NCBI GenBank assembly: GCA_038235185.1
Contig: JBBSUF010000001.1
Span: 947-64,946 of the forward strand
Reading direction: 5' to 3'
From: Lysobacterales bacterium
Lineage (GTDB): Bacteria; Pseudomonadota; Gammaproteobacteria; Xanthomonadales; Xanthomonadaceae
Length of the DNA stretch: 64,000 nucleotides
Each line of letters starts with the position of its first letter. Position 1 is the first letter of the stretch. A model generated the notes under the pieces. It did not search any database, was not told the DNA's origin, and saw nothing but the letters and a program-made list of their open reading frames with translations. Of the stretch, positions 39,280 to 49,750 are shown one piece after another. The translations under genes were made by a program, and so were the position numbers.

Positions 39280-40191
39280 ATGATCCCTGCCAATCGGCTG
39301 TCCCATCTCGACCGGCTCGAAGCCGGAAGTATCCACATCCTGCGAGAAGTGGCAGCCGGCTTCCGCAATCCGGCGCTGCTCTATTCTGTGGGCAAGGACA
39401 GTTCGGTACTCCTGCATCTGCTGCTAAAGGCGTTTTATCCGGCACGTCCACCGATGCCATTGCTGCATGTCGACACCGGATGGAAGTTTCGCGAAATGAT
39501 TGCGTTCCGCGACCGACGCGCCGCCGAGACCGGCGTCGAGCTGCGCACGCACACCAATCCCAATGGGGTAGCGGCGGGGGTCGGGCCGATTACGCACGGT
39601 GCGACGGTACACACCGACATCATGAAGACCCAGGCGTTGAAGCAAGCGCTGGATCAGTGGGGATTCGATGCCGCGATCGGCGGTGCGCGTCGTGACGAGG
39701 AAAAATCACGTGCGAAGGAGCGCATTTTTTCATTCCGCACCGCACAGCATCGCTGGGACCCGAAAAACCAGCGCCCCGAATTGTGGGATCTGTACAACAC
39801 GCGAATCCAGAAAGACGAATCGGTGCGCGTGTTCCCACTCTCCAACTGGACCGAGCTTGATGTCTGGCTGTACATCTATCGCGAAAAAATCCCGGTGCCG
39901 GCGTTGTATTTCGCCGCCGAGCGTCCCGTGGTCGAGCGCGATGGTGCGCTGCTGCTGGTGGATGACGCGCGCCTGCCGCTGCACGACGGGGAAGTGCCGG
40001 CGCACAAGCGTGTGCGTTTCCGTACGCTCGGTTGCTATCCGTTGACCGGCGCGATCGAATCCGATGCTGACACGCTGGAGAAAATCATCGCCGAGATGCT
40101 GGTGGCCACTAGCTCCGAACGTCAGGGCCGCGCCATCGACCATGATCCCTCGGCATCAATGGAAAAAAAGAAGCAGGAAGGATATTTCTGA
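39280..40191 (+). CDS. cysD: Sulfate adenylyltransferase subunit 2 (CysD/NodP)
   Basis: [49 protein letters not shown]. Confidence 0.96.
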   Translation: MIPANRLSHLDRLEAGSIHILREVAAGFRNPALLYSVGKDSSVLLHLLLKAFYPARPPMPLLHVDTGWKFREMIAFRDRRAAETGVELRTHTNPNGVAAGVGPITHGATVHTDIMKTQALKQALDQWGFDAAIGGARRDEEKSRAKERIFSFRTAQHRWDPKNQRPELWDLYNTRIQKDESVRVFPLSNWTELDVWLYIYREKIPVPALYFAAERPVVERDGALLLVDDARLPLHDGEVPAHKRVRFRTLGCYPLTGAIESDADTLEKIIAEMLVATSSERQGRAIDHDPSASMEKKKQEGYF

Positions 40192-42089
40192 TGTCCAATC
40201 TCCGGGCTCAAACCGATGCTGCAGCCTCTGTATTGAGTGCCAACCTCCAGCAGCACGAGTCAAGAAGCCTGTTGCGATTCATCACTTGCGGCAGCGTTGA
40301 TGACGGGAAAAGCACGCTGATAGGACGACTTTTGTACGATTCGAAGGTGTTGCTCGTCGACCAGCTGGCTGCACTTGAAGCTGACAGTCGACGTGACGGC
40401 GCCCAAGGCGAAGACATCGACTTTGCGTCACTTGTCGATGGTCTCGCCGCTGAGCGCGAGCAGGGGATTACCATCGATGTCGCCTACCGTTTTTTCAATA
40501 CCAACCAGCGCAAATTCATAATTGCCGATTGCCCGGGGCACGAGCAATACACCAGGAATATGGCGACCGGCGCGTCGACTGCGGATCTGGCAGTGGTGCT
40601 GGTGGATGCGCGCAAAGGGTTGCTGACGCAGACGCGCCGCCATAGCTATATCGTGTCGTTATTCGGCATTCGGCATGTCGCGCTGGCGGTCAACAAGATG
40701 GACCTGTTGGACTATGACCAGACCGTATTCGACGAAATCGTTGCCGGTTATCGGGAGCTGGCCAAGAAACTGAGCATCGATCATGTGCAGCCAATCGCGC
40801 TGTCGGCGCTGAAAGGCGACAACGTTTTGCAGCGTTCCACCGCCATGCCGTGGTATCAGGGCCCCACCTTGCTGCAGCATCTGGAATCCGTCGAAGTCGG
40901 GTTCGCGGATCGGGACGACATCGGCTTGCGATTACCAGTGCAATGGGTCTGTCGCCCGGATCAGGATTTCCGCGGGTTCGCCGGTACCATTGCCGCCGGC
41001 ATGGTCAAGCCCGGGGATAACGTCATTGTCCTACCGTCGGGTCGGCGATCGAGCATCGCACGCATTGTCACTGCCGATGGCGACCTCGATAGCGCCGTTA
41101 GAGGGCAGTCGATCACGGTGACGCTCGCAGACGAATTGGACGTCGGGCGTGGCGACGTCATCGCCAGCGCCACCCTTCCGGCACAGGTCGCCGACCAGTT
41201 CGCCGCGCATGTGTTGTGGATGGGAGAGCAGGCGCTGCTTCCTGGTCGTCCCTACTGGTTGAAGATCGGAGCAAACACCGTCAGCGCCAGCGTCACGGAG
41301 ATCAAGCACAAGATTGACGTGAACACGCAGGACCATTTGGCCGCAAAACACCTGGAACTCAACGAAGTCGCCTACTGCAACCTGCATCTGGATCGCCAGA
41401 TTCCTTTCGAGGCGTATACCGACAATCGTGAACTCGGTGGCTTCATCCTGATTGATCGCCAGACAAACGCCACTGTCGCTGCCGGTACGCTTGATTTTGC
41501 ATTGCGCCGCGCCGGTAACATTCATTGGCAGCATGTTGATGTCGACAAGCACGTGCGCGCACGACTCAAGGCACAGCAACCACGTTGCGTGTGGTTCACT
41601 GGGTTGTCGGGGTCGGGCAAGTCGACCATCGCCAATCTGGTCGAAAAGCGATTACTGGCGATGGGCCATCACACCTACCTTCTAGATGGCGACAACGTGC
41701 GTCACGGCCTCAACAAGGATCTCGGATTTACCGACGAGGATCGCGTCGAGAACATCCGCCGCGTTGCCGAAGTCGCCAGGTTGATGGTGGACGCGGGACT
41801 GATCGTGTTGGTGAGTTTCATCTCGCCGTTCCGTGCTGAACGGCGCATGGCGCGCGCGATGTTCGAGGACAATGAATTCATCGAAGCCTTCGTCGACACG
41901 CCGCTTGAGATCGTAGAGCGACGTGACGTCAAGGGACTTTATGCCAAAGCGCGCGCTGGTGAGATACGCAACTTCACAGGCATCGATTCGCCTTACGAGC
42001 CGCCGGAGCACGCGGAATTGCGCCTGTCTACCGAAACTCTAACGCCCCACGACTTGGCCGAGCGCGTCGTTGCGAAGTTGCTGGAGTAG
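40191..42089 (+). CDS. cysNC: Bifunctional sulfate adenylyltransferase subunit 1 / APS kinase (CysNC/NodQ)
   Basis: [25 protein letters not shown]; C-terminal [28 protein letters not shown]. Confidence 0.96.
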   Translation: MSNLRAQTDAAASVLSANLQQHESRSLLRFITCGSVDDGKSTLIGRLLYDSKVLLVDQLAALEADSRRDGAQGEDIDFASLVDGLAAEREQGITIDVAYRFFNTNQRKFIIADCPGHEQYTRNMATGASTADLAVVLVDARKGLLTQTRRHSYIVSLFGIRHVALAVNKMDLLDYDQTVFDEIVAGYRELAKKLSIDHVQPIALSALKGDNVLQRSTAMPWYQGPTLLQHLESVEVGFADRDDIGLRLPVQWVCRPDQDFRGFAGTIAAGMVKPGDNVIVLPSGRRSSIARIVTADGDLDSAVRGQSITVTLADELDVGRGDVIASATLPAQVADQFAAHVLWMGEQALLPGRPYWLKIGANTVSASVTEIKHKIDVNTQDHLAAKHLELNEVAYCNLHLDRQIPFEAYTDNRELGGFILIDRQTNATVAAGTLDFALRRAGNIHWQHVDVDKHVRARLKAQQPRCVWFTGLSGSGKSTIANLVEKRLLAMGHHTYLLDGDNVRHGLNKDLGFTDEDRVENIRRVAEVARLMVDAGLIVLVSFISPFRAERRMARAMFEDNEFIEAFVDTPLEIVERRDVKGLYAKARAGEIRNFTGIDSPYEPPEHAELRLSTETLTPHDLAERVVAKLLE

Positions 42090-42107
42090 ACCAATTAAAG
42101 TTGAAAG

Positions 42108-43742
42108 CTACAGGTCTTGGTAATTCGGCCCCGACCCGCCTTCTGGCGTGACCCAGGTAATGATCTCGTAGGGATCCTTGATGTCGCAGGTCTTGCAGTG
42201 CACGCAGTTGGCGGCGTTGATCTGCAGGCGCTTGCCGCTGCTGCCGTCGTCGGAAATTGAATCGACGATCTCGTACACGTTGGCCGGGCAGAACCGCGTG
42301 CAGGGGTTGTCGTATTCGACCGTGCAGCGCTCGATGCAGATGCTGGTGTCGTGCACGACCAGATGCACTGGCTGGTTCTCATCATGTTGTGTCGCTGCGA
42401 AATACACACCCTGCAGCCGGTCACGGGGCGCGAGGGTGCGCTGCAGGTAGTCGCGTTTTGGTTGCTCTTGCGTGCCGAGCTTGTCGAGCGACGACCAGTC
42501 GGGTTTGTTGCGTAGTGTCCACGGCGACAGTCCACCGGTGACGGTTTCCCAGGCGGCGTTGACCATGCCGAACCACAACCCGCGCTTGAACCCGGGCTTG
42601 ATGTTGCGCACGCTGCGCAACTCGGTCATTGCAGGGGATGCGCGCAACGCCGCGTTGAATCCTTCAGTAGTCAAAGCGCCCTGCGTCAGCGAGTTCGCCA
42701 GGTGTTCGGCGGCGAGCATGCCGCTGCGGATCGCCTGGTGCGTGCCCTTGATCTTCGGCACGTTGAGTAGCCCGGCGCCATCGCCGATCAGCAAGGCGCC
42801 AGGCATTTCCACGTTCGGCAGCGACTGCCAGCCACCGGTGACGATCGCGCGTGCGCCGGCCGACACGATGCTGCCACCTTCAAGCAGCGGCGCGACGGAC
42901 GAATGGTTCTTCCATTGCTGGAACGCTTCCCAGGGTTTGTATTGCGGGTCGGCATAGTCGAGGCCGCTGACATACCCCAGCGCGATGCGATCGGCGTCCA
43001 GGTGATACAGGAAACTTCCCCCGTAAATGTCATTGCTGGCCGGCCAGCCGAGTGTGTGCACGATCTTGCCCGGTGTCACGCGACCCGCCGGAAGCTGCCA
43101 CAACTCCTTGATGCCGATTGAATACGCTTGCGGATCACTCGCTGCATCCAGCGAAAAGCGTTTTACCAATTGCTTGGTCAGGCTGCCGCGTGCACCTTCG
43201 GCCAGCACGGTGACCTTGGCCTTGATGTCGATACCGGCGGTGAATCCGGATTTGTGCGTGCCGTCCTTCGCCACGCCCATGTCACCGATGCGCACGCCGA
43301 TGACGCGGCCATCGTCGTCGTGTAGTGTTGCGGCGGCGGCGAAGCCTGGATAGATCTCGACGCCAAGCGCCTCGGCCTGTGGCGCCAGCCACGCGCACAT
43401 TGCGCCGAGACTGACGATGAAATTGCCGCGGTTGTGAAGCCCCGGAGGCGTCGGCAATTTGCGCCTTCCGGTTTTCGACAGCAGCCAGAATTCGTCGTCG
43501 GTGGCAGGCACGCAGATCGGCGGCGGATGGTCGCGCCAGCCCGGCAGCAATGCATCGAGTGGGCCGGGTTCGATCACCGCGCCGGACAGGATGTGCGCAC
43601 CAACGGTCGCGCCTTTTTCGATCACGCACACACTGATATCGGGATTGAGCTGTTTCAGTCGGATCGCGAATGACAACCCCGCTGGGCCGGCGCCTACGGT
43701 GACGACGTCGTACTCCATCACGTCGCGTTCGACTTCGCTCAT
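42108..43742 (-). CDS. Electron transfer flavoprotein-ubiquinone oxidoreductase
   Basis: VGAGPAG FAD motif, GAHILSGA, C-terminal FCPANVYE...NCVHCKTCDIKDP 4Fe-4S motif. Confidence 0.95.
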   Translation of the reverse strand: MSEVERDVMEYDVVTVGAGPAGLSFAIRLKQLNPDISVCVIEKGATVGAHILSGAVIEPGPLDALLPGWRDHPPPICVPATDDEFWLLSKTGRRKLPTPPGLHNRGNFIVSLGAMCAWLAPQAEALGVEIYPGFAAAATLHDDDGRVIGVRIGDMGVAKDGTHKSGFTAGIDIKAKVTVLAEGARGSLTKQLVKRFSLDAASDPQAYSIGIKELWQLPAGRVTPGKIVHTLGWPASNDIYGGSFLYHLDADRIALGYVSGLDYADPQYKPWEAFQQWKNHSSVAPLLEGGSIVSAGARAIVTGGWQSLPNVEMPGALLIGDGAGLLNVPKIKGTHQAIRSGMLAAEHLANSLTQGALTTEGFNAALRASPAMTELRSVRNIKPGFKRGLWFGMVNAAWETVTGGLSPWTLRNKPDWSSLDKLGTQEQPKRDYLQRTLAPRDRLQGVYFAATQHDENQPVHLVVHDTSICIERCTVEYDNPCTRFCPANVYEIVDSISDDGSSGKRLQINAANCVHCKTCDIKDPYEIITWVTPEGGSGPNYQDL

Positions 43743-43824
43743 GCCCGTACTCCGTTCGTCGCAGCTGCAGTGGCCCAATTCTCGGGGTTTGCACGCAAGG
43801 CGGCAAATCGGCAGCATCCGAACG

Positions 43825-44427
43825 ATGCCACTGACACCTCTACCATTGCCCGACGCTAAGGTTGGCCTCGACCCGACGTGGTTGGGTAGTGGCGAAGCCG
43901 ATTGGCTGTTGGCCGACCTGCTCATGACTATCCCCTGGCAGGTACATCGCATCCGCATGTTCGGGCGAGAGGTCGATTCACCGCGCCTGAGCTGCTGGAT
44001 CGGCGATCCGGGCGCGGATTACACCTACTCGGGGACCCGTTTCGAACCGGTGAGCTGGTCCGACAGCCTGCAGTCGTTACGCACGCGCTTTCGCGAGCAG
44101 CTGCATGTCGATTTCAACAGCGTGCTTGCCAATCTCTATCGCGGCGGTCACGACCGCATGGGTTGGCACAGCGACAACGAGCGCGAGCTGGGTTCGGCAC
44201 CAGTGATTGCGTCGGTGAGCCTGGGCGCAACGCGGCGCTTCGTGCTGAAGCGCCGCGATGACCCTTCAATCAAACTCGCGCTGGACCTGCCGAACGGCAG
44301 CCTACTGGTGATGGCGGGCCACACGCAGTCGCATTACCGGCACGCCTTGCCTGCAACAGCGAAACCCATCGGTGCGCGGATCAACCTGACATTCCGACGA
44401 ATCACGAATCACTTGGCGCTGCGGTGA
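43825..44427 (+). CDS. AlkB-family (ALKBH2/3-like) 2OG-Fe(II) oxygenase
   Basis: NLYRGGHDRMGWHSD, IASVSLG, H in YRHALP, RINLTFR. Confidence 0.88.
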   Translation: MPLTPLPLPDAKVGLDPTWLGSGEADWLLADLLMTIPWQVHRIRMFGREVDSPRLSCWIGDPGADYTYSGTRFEPVSWSDSLQSLRTRFREQLHVDFNSVLANLYRGGHDRMGWHSDNERELGSAPVIASVSLGATRRFVLKRRDDPSIKLALDLPNGSLLVMAGHTQSHYRHALPATAKPIGARINLTFRRITNHLALR

Positions 44428-45053
44428 CCCTTCAGCTCGCGTGCGTTGCCGGTGGTCAGCGTCCAGCCGGCGATGTCGTGGGTGATCGCACCCAGTGCCG
44501 TACCAAAGGCCTGCGCGACGGCAGCGGTGCTGGTGCCGCTGGCGGGCACGGTCTGGAGGAACGTCTGCGAGGCGACGATGTCCTGATCGGTGGCATGCAA
44601 CAACTTGGCCGTGACCTCGATGGTCGCGGCCGGCACCGCATTACCGGCGTAATTCGACTCGAAGCGGCGCACTTCCGTCAGCAGGGTGTAGTCGGCAGCG
44701 ATGCCACTGCCTTGGCGCGCGACGGCGGCAATTTTCCCTGAATCCTCCAGCGTGCGCAGTATGGTGGACTCGATCTGCTCGCTCGGTGTTTTCGCCCAGC
44801 TTGCGTCCTGGTAGACCTCAAGTTCACCCGGTGTCGGCCGCACCGCGATGCGCAGCGTGTCGACCATGCGCGCCGCATCCGGATGCGCCAGCGCCAGCTG
44901 CCACTTCACCGTTGGCCACGATGGGTCGGCTACGACATGGGGATCGGGTGCATAGATCGTCGGTGGCGTCTTGCTGCCCAGGATCGAACAGCCCGACAGC
45001 AACAGCATCAACAGCAAGGTCGGCTTCGTGATTTTGAGCTGCTTTATGTTCAT
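44409..45053 (-). CDS. ABC-type transport auxiliary lipoprotein (PqiC-like)
   Basis: Lipobox LSGC, ASWAKTP; last gene of the MCE operon. Confidence 0.82.
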   Translation of the reverse strand: MNIKQLKITKPTLLLMLLLSGCSILGSKTPPTIYAPDPHVVADPSWPTVKWQLALAHPDAARMVDTLRIAVRPTPGELEVYQDASWAKTPSEQIESTILRTLEDSGKIAAVARQGSGIAADYTLLTEVRRFESNYAGNAVPAATIEVTAKLLHATDQDIVASQTFLQTVPASGTSTAAVAQAFGTALGAITHDIAGWTLTTGNARELKGHRSAK

Positions 45054-45976
45054 TTTGGCTTGAATTCCTTCGGGGAGTCGCGACCCAGGATGTAGCGTGC
45101 CGGGCTGCCTTCAAGGCGGTCACTGATATGTCGCAGGTCGCGCACCAGGCCGCGCAGTTCGCCCAGGGTCGGGCCGAGTTGCGACAGGCCATCATTGGCG
45201 AAGCTGTGGATCGCCGCGCGGTTTTCACTGAGGATGGTGTCGGCTCCGCCTGCGGCGGAATCGAGCTTGGTCAGCGTGCTGTCGAGTTTGGTCATCAGCG
45301 CCGGCAGCTTGGCGATCAGTTCACGGTCGACGTCCTTCACTGCATGGTTGGTGGTGTCCAGCGTCGACGACAGTTTCTCGCTTGCTTCGCGCGCGTTGAC
45401 CAGCAATTTGCGAATGTCCTCGCGCTGGTCGGCGACCGCGCCGGTCATCGCCTGCAGGTTGTCCAGCGTCTTGGCGATTTTCTTGACGTTCTCTTCGCTG
45501 AGAACTTCGTCCATCCGCGCAACGAGACGGTTGGCGGTGTCGGCGATGTTCTGCAACGCGGACGCTTCAGTCTTGATGACGGGAATTTCATGATGGTCGA
45601 CAGCCACCAGCATCGGCGCACTCGGAGATCCGCCGGTGAGCTGGATGAACGGACTTCCGGTCAGGCCGGTGATCGACATCTTGGCCTTGGTGTCGACCTT
45701 GATCGGTGTATCGGCCTGCAGTTTCAGCCGCGCCAGCACCTGTCGCGGATCGTTGGGGGCAAGCTTGAGCGACTCGACGGTACCGACCGAGATGCCGTTG
45801 TATTGCACGGAGCTGCCCTGGGTGAGGCCGGTGACCGGTTCATTGAAGATGACCCAGTACTCCTGCCATCCCTGCTCCGACGAATACTTCGCCGCCCACA
45901 GGCCGAACCCCAGCAGCAGCACCGCGGTGAGGATGGTGAAGGCACCGATGAGGACGTAATTGGCCTTGGTTTCCAT
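45050..45976 (-). CDS. MCE/MlaD-family protein
   Basis: METKANYVLIG, GLTQGSSVQYNGISVGTV, helical C-terminus. Confidence 0.9.
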   Translation of the reverse strand: METKANYVLIGAFTILTAVLLLGFGLWAAKYSSEQGWQEYWVIFNEPVTGLTQGSSVQYNGISVGTVESLKLAPNDPRQVLARLKLQADTPIKVDTKAKMSITGLTGSPFIQLTGGSPSAPMLVAVDHHEIPVIKTEASALQNIADTANRLVARMDEVLSEENVKKIAKTLDNLQAMTGAVADQREDIRKLLVNAREASEKLSSTLDTTNHAVKDVDRELIAKLPALMTKLDSTLTKLDSAAGGADTILSENRAAIHSFANDGLSQLGPTLGELRGLVRDLRHISDRLEGSPARYILGRDSPKEFKPK

Positions 45977-45978
45977 GT

Positions 45979-46908
45979 TCAGGTGGCCTCGGCAGATGTG
46001 CCTGATTCGAAAGTGGATGGATCGGGAGTGGATGATGCGGGGAGTGATGGCGGGGTGGAGGATGTAACGGTCGACGCCTCACTGCGCGCCGCGCGACCGC
46101 GAGGGCCGTTGAAGTATTCCTGCACCCAGGGATGATCGAATTCCTGCAGTTTGGCCAAGGTGTCCACTGCAACGATCTTGCGATCGGCGATCACCGCCAC
46201 GCGGTCGCAGATAGCGTACAGCGTGTCCAGGTCATGGGTGATGAGGAACACCGTCAGGCCCAACGCCTGCTGCAGTGTGCGGATCAGCGTGTCGAAGGCA
46301 TCCGCACCAATCGGGTCGAGCCCGGCGGTGGGTTCATCCAGGAACAACAGCGGCGGATCCAGCGCCAGCGCACGCGCGAGCCCGGCGCGCTTGCGCATGC
46401 CGCCGGACAGTTGCGAAGGCAGTTTGTTCAGCGCGTCGGCGGGAAGTCCGGAGAGCTTGACCTTGAGCAGTGCCAACTCATAACGCAGTGAATCGCGCAG
46501 GTCCGGGTGATGTTCCTTCAGCGGCACCTGCACGTTTTCACCGACCGTGAGCGAGGAGAACAACGCGCCATCCTGGAACAGCACGCCAGTGTTGCGTTCA
46601 ATGTGCAGCCGGTCGTCCGGGTCCTGCGAACGCGCATCCACGCCAAGCAACTCGATCTCCCCTGCATCAGGTGTCCGCAGCCCCAAAATGGAGCGCATCA
46701 ACACCGATTTGCCCGAGCCCGAACCGCCGACAACTCCAAGGATTTCCCCGGGCATCACGTCCAGGTCCAGACCGTCGTGCACGACCTGTTCACCGAATCG
46801 GTTGACCAGTCCGCGCACGCGGATGATCGGCTTGCTGGTGTCGACATCCGAGTCGCGATCCGCTTTGATATCGGCGGCTGCTTCGGATTCTATGGAATCG
46901 GTCGACAT
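45979..46908 (-). CDS. MlaF-like ABC ATPase
   Basis: GGSGSGKS, LSGGMRKRAGLARA, LDEPTAGLDP. Confidence 0.9.
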   Translation of the reverse strand: MSTDSIESEAAADIKADRDSDVDTSKPIIRVRGLVNRFGEQVVHDGLDLDVMPGEILGVVGGSGSGKSVLMRSILGLRTPDAGEIELLGVDARSQDPDDRLHIERNTGVLFQDGALFSSLTVGENVQVPLKEHHPDLRDSLRYELALLKVKLSGLPADALNKLPSQLSGGMRKRAGLARALALDPPLLFLDEPTAGLDPIGADAFDTLIRTLQQALGLTVFLITHDLDTLYAICDRVAVIADRKIVAVDTLAKLQEFDHPWVQEYFNGPRGRAARSEASTVTSSTPPSLPASSTPDPSTFESGTSAEAT

Positions 46909-48032
46909 CACCAGCCCACCTGCATGAACCAGATCGCGGCGATCGCGTCCAGGATGATCACCAGCGAGATGGCCTGCACCACGCTGGATGTGGTGCGTTC
47001 ACCGACGGATTGCGCGGTGCCCTGCACCTGCAGGCCTTCCAGGCAGCCAATCAGCCCGATCACCAGTGCGAACAACGGCGCCTTCGATAGTCCAACCAGG
47101 AAATGTCGCAGGTGCATCGTCTCCTGCATGCGCGCCAGGTAGGCCTGCGGCGGAATACCCAGGCTGAAGGCGCCCACCGACATGCCACCCAGGAGTCCGG
47201 CGATATCGGCGATGAAGCTCAGCAGCGGCAGCATCACCAGCAATGCCAGTACGCGTGGAATCACCAGCACGTCGATCGGGTCCAGGCCGAGCGTGCGCAT
47301 GGCATCGACCTCCTCGCGGCTGACCATCGCGCCGATCTGCGCGGTGAACGCACTGGCGGTGCGTCCGGCCAGCAGGATTGCTGTCAGCAGCACGCCGAAC
47401 TCGCGCAGGAAGGCGACGTTCACCAGCTCCACGACATAAATGGTCGCGCCAAAGTCCTGCAGGATGTTCGCGCCCAAAAACGCGATCACCGCGCCGACCA
47501 GGTAGGACAGCAGGATTACCAGCGGCACCGCATCCAGGCCAACCTGCTCCATGTGGTGCACGGTTGCCGTCAGGTGGAAGCGGCGCGGCTGGTGCACCAT
47601 GCGCAGCATCTTGGCCAGGTTCTCGCCGAGGAAACTGATCAGCGCGACAATCTCGATCCAGTTGTCGTGGACCGCGAAACCCAGGCGCCCGAGCGCCGCG
47701 GAAAATCCGTATTCGCGTTTTTTCTTCGGGCGGTCGTCGGCAACATCCTCGATCGCGGCGACCAATGCGTGATGGTCTGGCCGGAACTTGAAGCCGTCGA
47801 AATCCAGTTCATGCCGGCGCGCGAATCGCAGCAACTGCAGCACGCCGGTCGAATCCAGCCGATCCACGCCAGTGGCATCCACGCTACCCGGCTGTTTGGG
47901 GGCCTCATGCAGCAGGGTGCCCAGTTCGCTGGCGTATTGCAGCGTCCAGCGCCCGTGCAGCCGCAAACCCGCGCCGTCGTGAGCGGCACCATCGTCCAGA
48001 TCGATACTCGGGGCTTTGCTGGCGACAGCCAT
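46908..48032 (-). CDS. MlaE-family ABC permease with N-terminal STAS-like domain
   Basis: LREFGVLLTAILLAGRTASAFTAQIG, EEVDAMRTLG, VGERTTSSVV. Confidence 0.9.
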   Translation of the reverse strand: MAVASKAPSIDLDDGAAHDGAGLRLHGRWTLQYASELGTLLHEAPKQPGSVDATGVDRLDSTGVLQLLRFARRHELDFDGFKFRPDHHALVAAIEDVADDRPKKKREYGFSAALGRLGFAVHDNWIEIVALISFLGENLAKMLRMVHQPRRFHLTATVHHMEQVGLDAVPLVILLSYLVGAVIAFLGANILQDFGATIYVVELVNVAFLREFGVLLTAILLAGRTASAFTAQIGAMVSREEVDAMRTLGLDPIDVLVIPRVLALLVMLPLLSFIADIAGLLGGMSVGAFSLGIPPQAYLARMQETMHLRHFLVGLSKAPLFALVIGLIGCLEGLQVQGTAQSVGERTTSSVVQAISLVIILDAIAAIWFMQVGW

Positions 48033-48135
48033 ACCGCAATCCAAGGGGCGCTGCGGGCCGAGGATACAGATTCGCCATAACTGCGTCGTGATTGCAGCGC
48101 TGCGCGCATGCCGTGCTGCGTGCGATCCTGTCGAC

Positions 48136-49401
48136 ATGCATGACCGCGCAGACACCATCCCCGCGACCATTCCTTCGGCCACCTATGCCGCGCGGCTGGC
48201 GTTCGTCGTCGAACTGGCCGAGCACCTGCACGCGTACGGCACCACCGCACAACGCCTGGAAGGGGCGCTCAACGCGGTGGCTGCGAGCCTGCATCTGGAT
48301 TGCGAACCATGGTCGAACCCCACCGGCCTGATCCTGACCTTCAGTGATCCCGAGCGTGCCGCGGGGGAAAGCGACAGCACCCGTGTCATCCGGTTGCCGC
48401 CGGGGGACACGGACCTGGCCAAGTTGTGCGCCACCGACCGCATTGCCGAAGACGTCATGGCCGGGCGGCTGGATCTTGCGGCCGGGCATGCCGCGCTGCG
48501 CGCGCTGGACCACACGCCGGGCTGGCGCGAAAACTTTCTTCAGGTGTTCGGGTTTGGCCTTGCCGCCGCCTCGGTGGCCGGGCTTCTGCGCTTGCCATGG
48601 CTCGACATCGCCACCGCTGGCACCACCGGCCTGTTGATCGGCTGGCTGGACGTCACCACCCGCCAGCGCCCACAACTCAAGGAAGCTGGTGACGCGCTGG
48701 CAGCGCTGCTGGCGGGTTTCATCGCCATCGGGGTGGCGAGTTTCGTCGCCCCGCTCAACCTCAACACCGTGATCATCGCCTCGCTGATCGTGTTGCTGCC
48801 TGGCATGGCGCTGACCAACGCCGTGAACGAACTCACCAGCCAGCATCTTGTATCCGGCACCGCGCGCTTTGCCGGCGCGCTGACCACGGTGATGAAGCTC
48901 GCCGTCGGCATGGTCATCGCCTTGAAGCTTTCAGACCTGATTGGCATCACCCCGCACATCCGGGCGTGGCGGCCGCAGCCCGAAGCAGTCGAATGGGTGT
49001 CGCTGGGACTGGCGGCCTATGCATTCGCCGTGCTGTTCCGCGCAGCGACGCGTGATTATCCGGTGGTCATGCTATCGGCCATCGCCGGTTACCTGATCTC
49101 GCGGTTGGTTGGAGGTGTATGGGGCAGTCCTGCCGGGATTTTCCTGTCTGCATTGACGATGACGGCCGCCGGGAACGCTTATGCGCGATGGGTGCATCGT
49201 CCGGGCGCGGTGGTGCGCGTGCCCGGCATCATCATGCTGGTGCCTGGCAGCGCCAGCCTGCGCGGGGTGATGACCGTGTTGCAGCGAAACGATGTCATCG
49301 CAGGCCACAACGCCGCGTTGACCGTGATGAACATCCTGCTGGCGCTGGTGGCGGGGTTGTTGTTCGGGAACCTGTTGTTGCCGACGCGAAGGAATTTGTA
49401 G
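48136..49401 (+). CDS. Threonine/serine exporter (ThrE family)
   Basis: YGTTAQRLE, LLPGMALTNAVNEL..LVSG.AR, PGIIMLVPGS. Confidence 0.85.
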   Translation: MHDRADTIPATIPSATYAARLAFVVELAEHLHAYGTTAQRLEGALNAVAASLHLDCEPWSNPTGLILTFSDPERAAGESDSTRVIRLPPGDTDLAKLCATDRIAEDVMAGRLDLAAGHAALRALDHTPGWRENFLQVFGFGLAAASVAGLLRLPWLDIATAGTTGLLIGWLDVTTRQRPQLKEAGDALAALLAGFIAIGVASFVAPLNLNTVIIASLIVLLPGMALTNAVNELTSQHLVSGTARFAGALTTVMKLAVGMVIALKLSDLIGITPHIRAWRPQPEAVEWVSLGLAAYAFAVLFRAATRDYPVVMLSAIAGYLISRLVGGVWGSPAGIFLSALTMTAAGNAYARWVHRPGAVVRVPGIIMLVPGSASLRGVMTVLQRNDVIAGHNAALTVMNILLALVAGLLFGNLLLPTRRNL

Positions 49402-49443
49402 TTCAAGATGGGTTTGGATTCTCGCCATCGCTCTAAAACGCTT

Positions 49444-49620
49444 TCGCCGTTGGCGAGTCACTTTTCTTTGCAAGCGCCCAAAGAAAAGTAACCAAAAGAA
49501 AGGGCGCTTCCCCGACACAGCAAACTCGCCAAGTTCATTCTGAAAGAAATTTTCCGACTCGCCATCCTGGGCTCGGTCGGAAAACTGCGCACATCCGGTG
49601 CGCAGCCCTCCGGGTCTGCG
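49444..49620. repeat. Multi-hairpin intergenic element with an intrastrand-triplex motif
   Basis: GTCACTTTTCTTTG/CAAAGAAAAGTAAC hairpin plus mirror CAAAAGAAAG; further hairpins TTTTCCGAC/GTCGGAAAA and CTGCGCAC/GTGCGCAG; only one copy in the window, so repeat status is inferred. Confidence 0.6.
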
Positions 49621-49705
49621 GAGTGCTGCGGTGTTCAGATATTTTCGAATCAACCGCAAGACACATTTCTGCAAGACTAATGTGCACGAATCTTAGTCCT
49701 CAACG

Positions 49706-49734
49706 AAAAACGCCGGCACATGGCCGGCGTTTTT
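49706..49734. terminator. Bidirectional intrinsic terminator downstream of the H-NS gene
   Basis: AAAAACGCCGGC-ACATG-GCCGGCGTTTTT. Confidence 0.85.
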
Positions 49735-49750
49735 GATCCAAGGAAAACAC

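Noticed and set aside
45979-46075. Low-complexity GGATG/GGAGT-rich stretch at the end of the MlaF-like gene
   Set aside because: It encodes a Ser/Thr/Pro-rich disordered tail; no regular repeat unit
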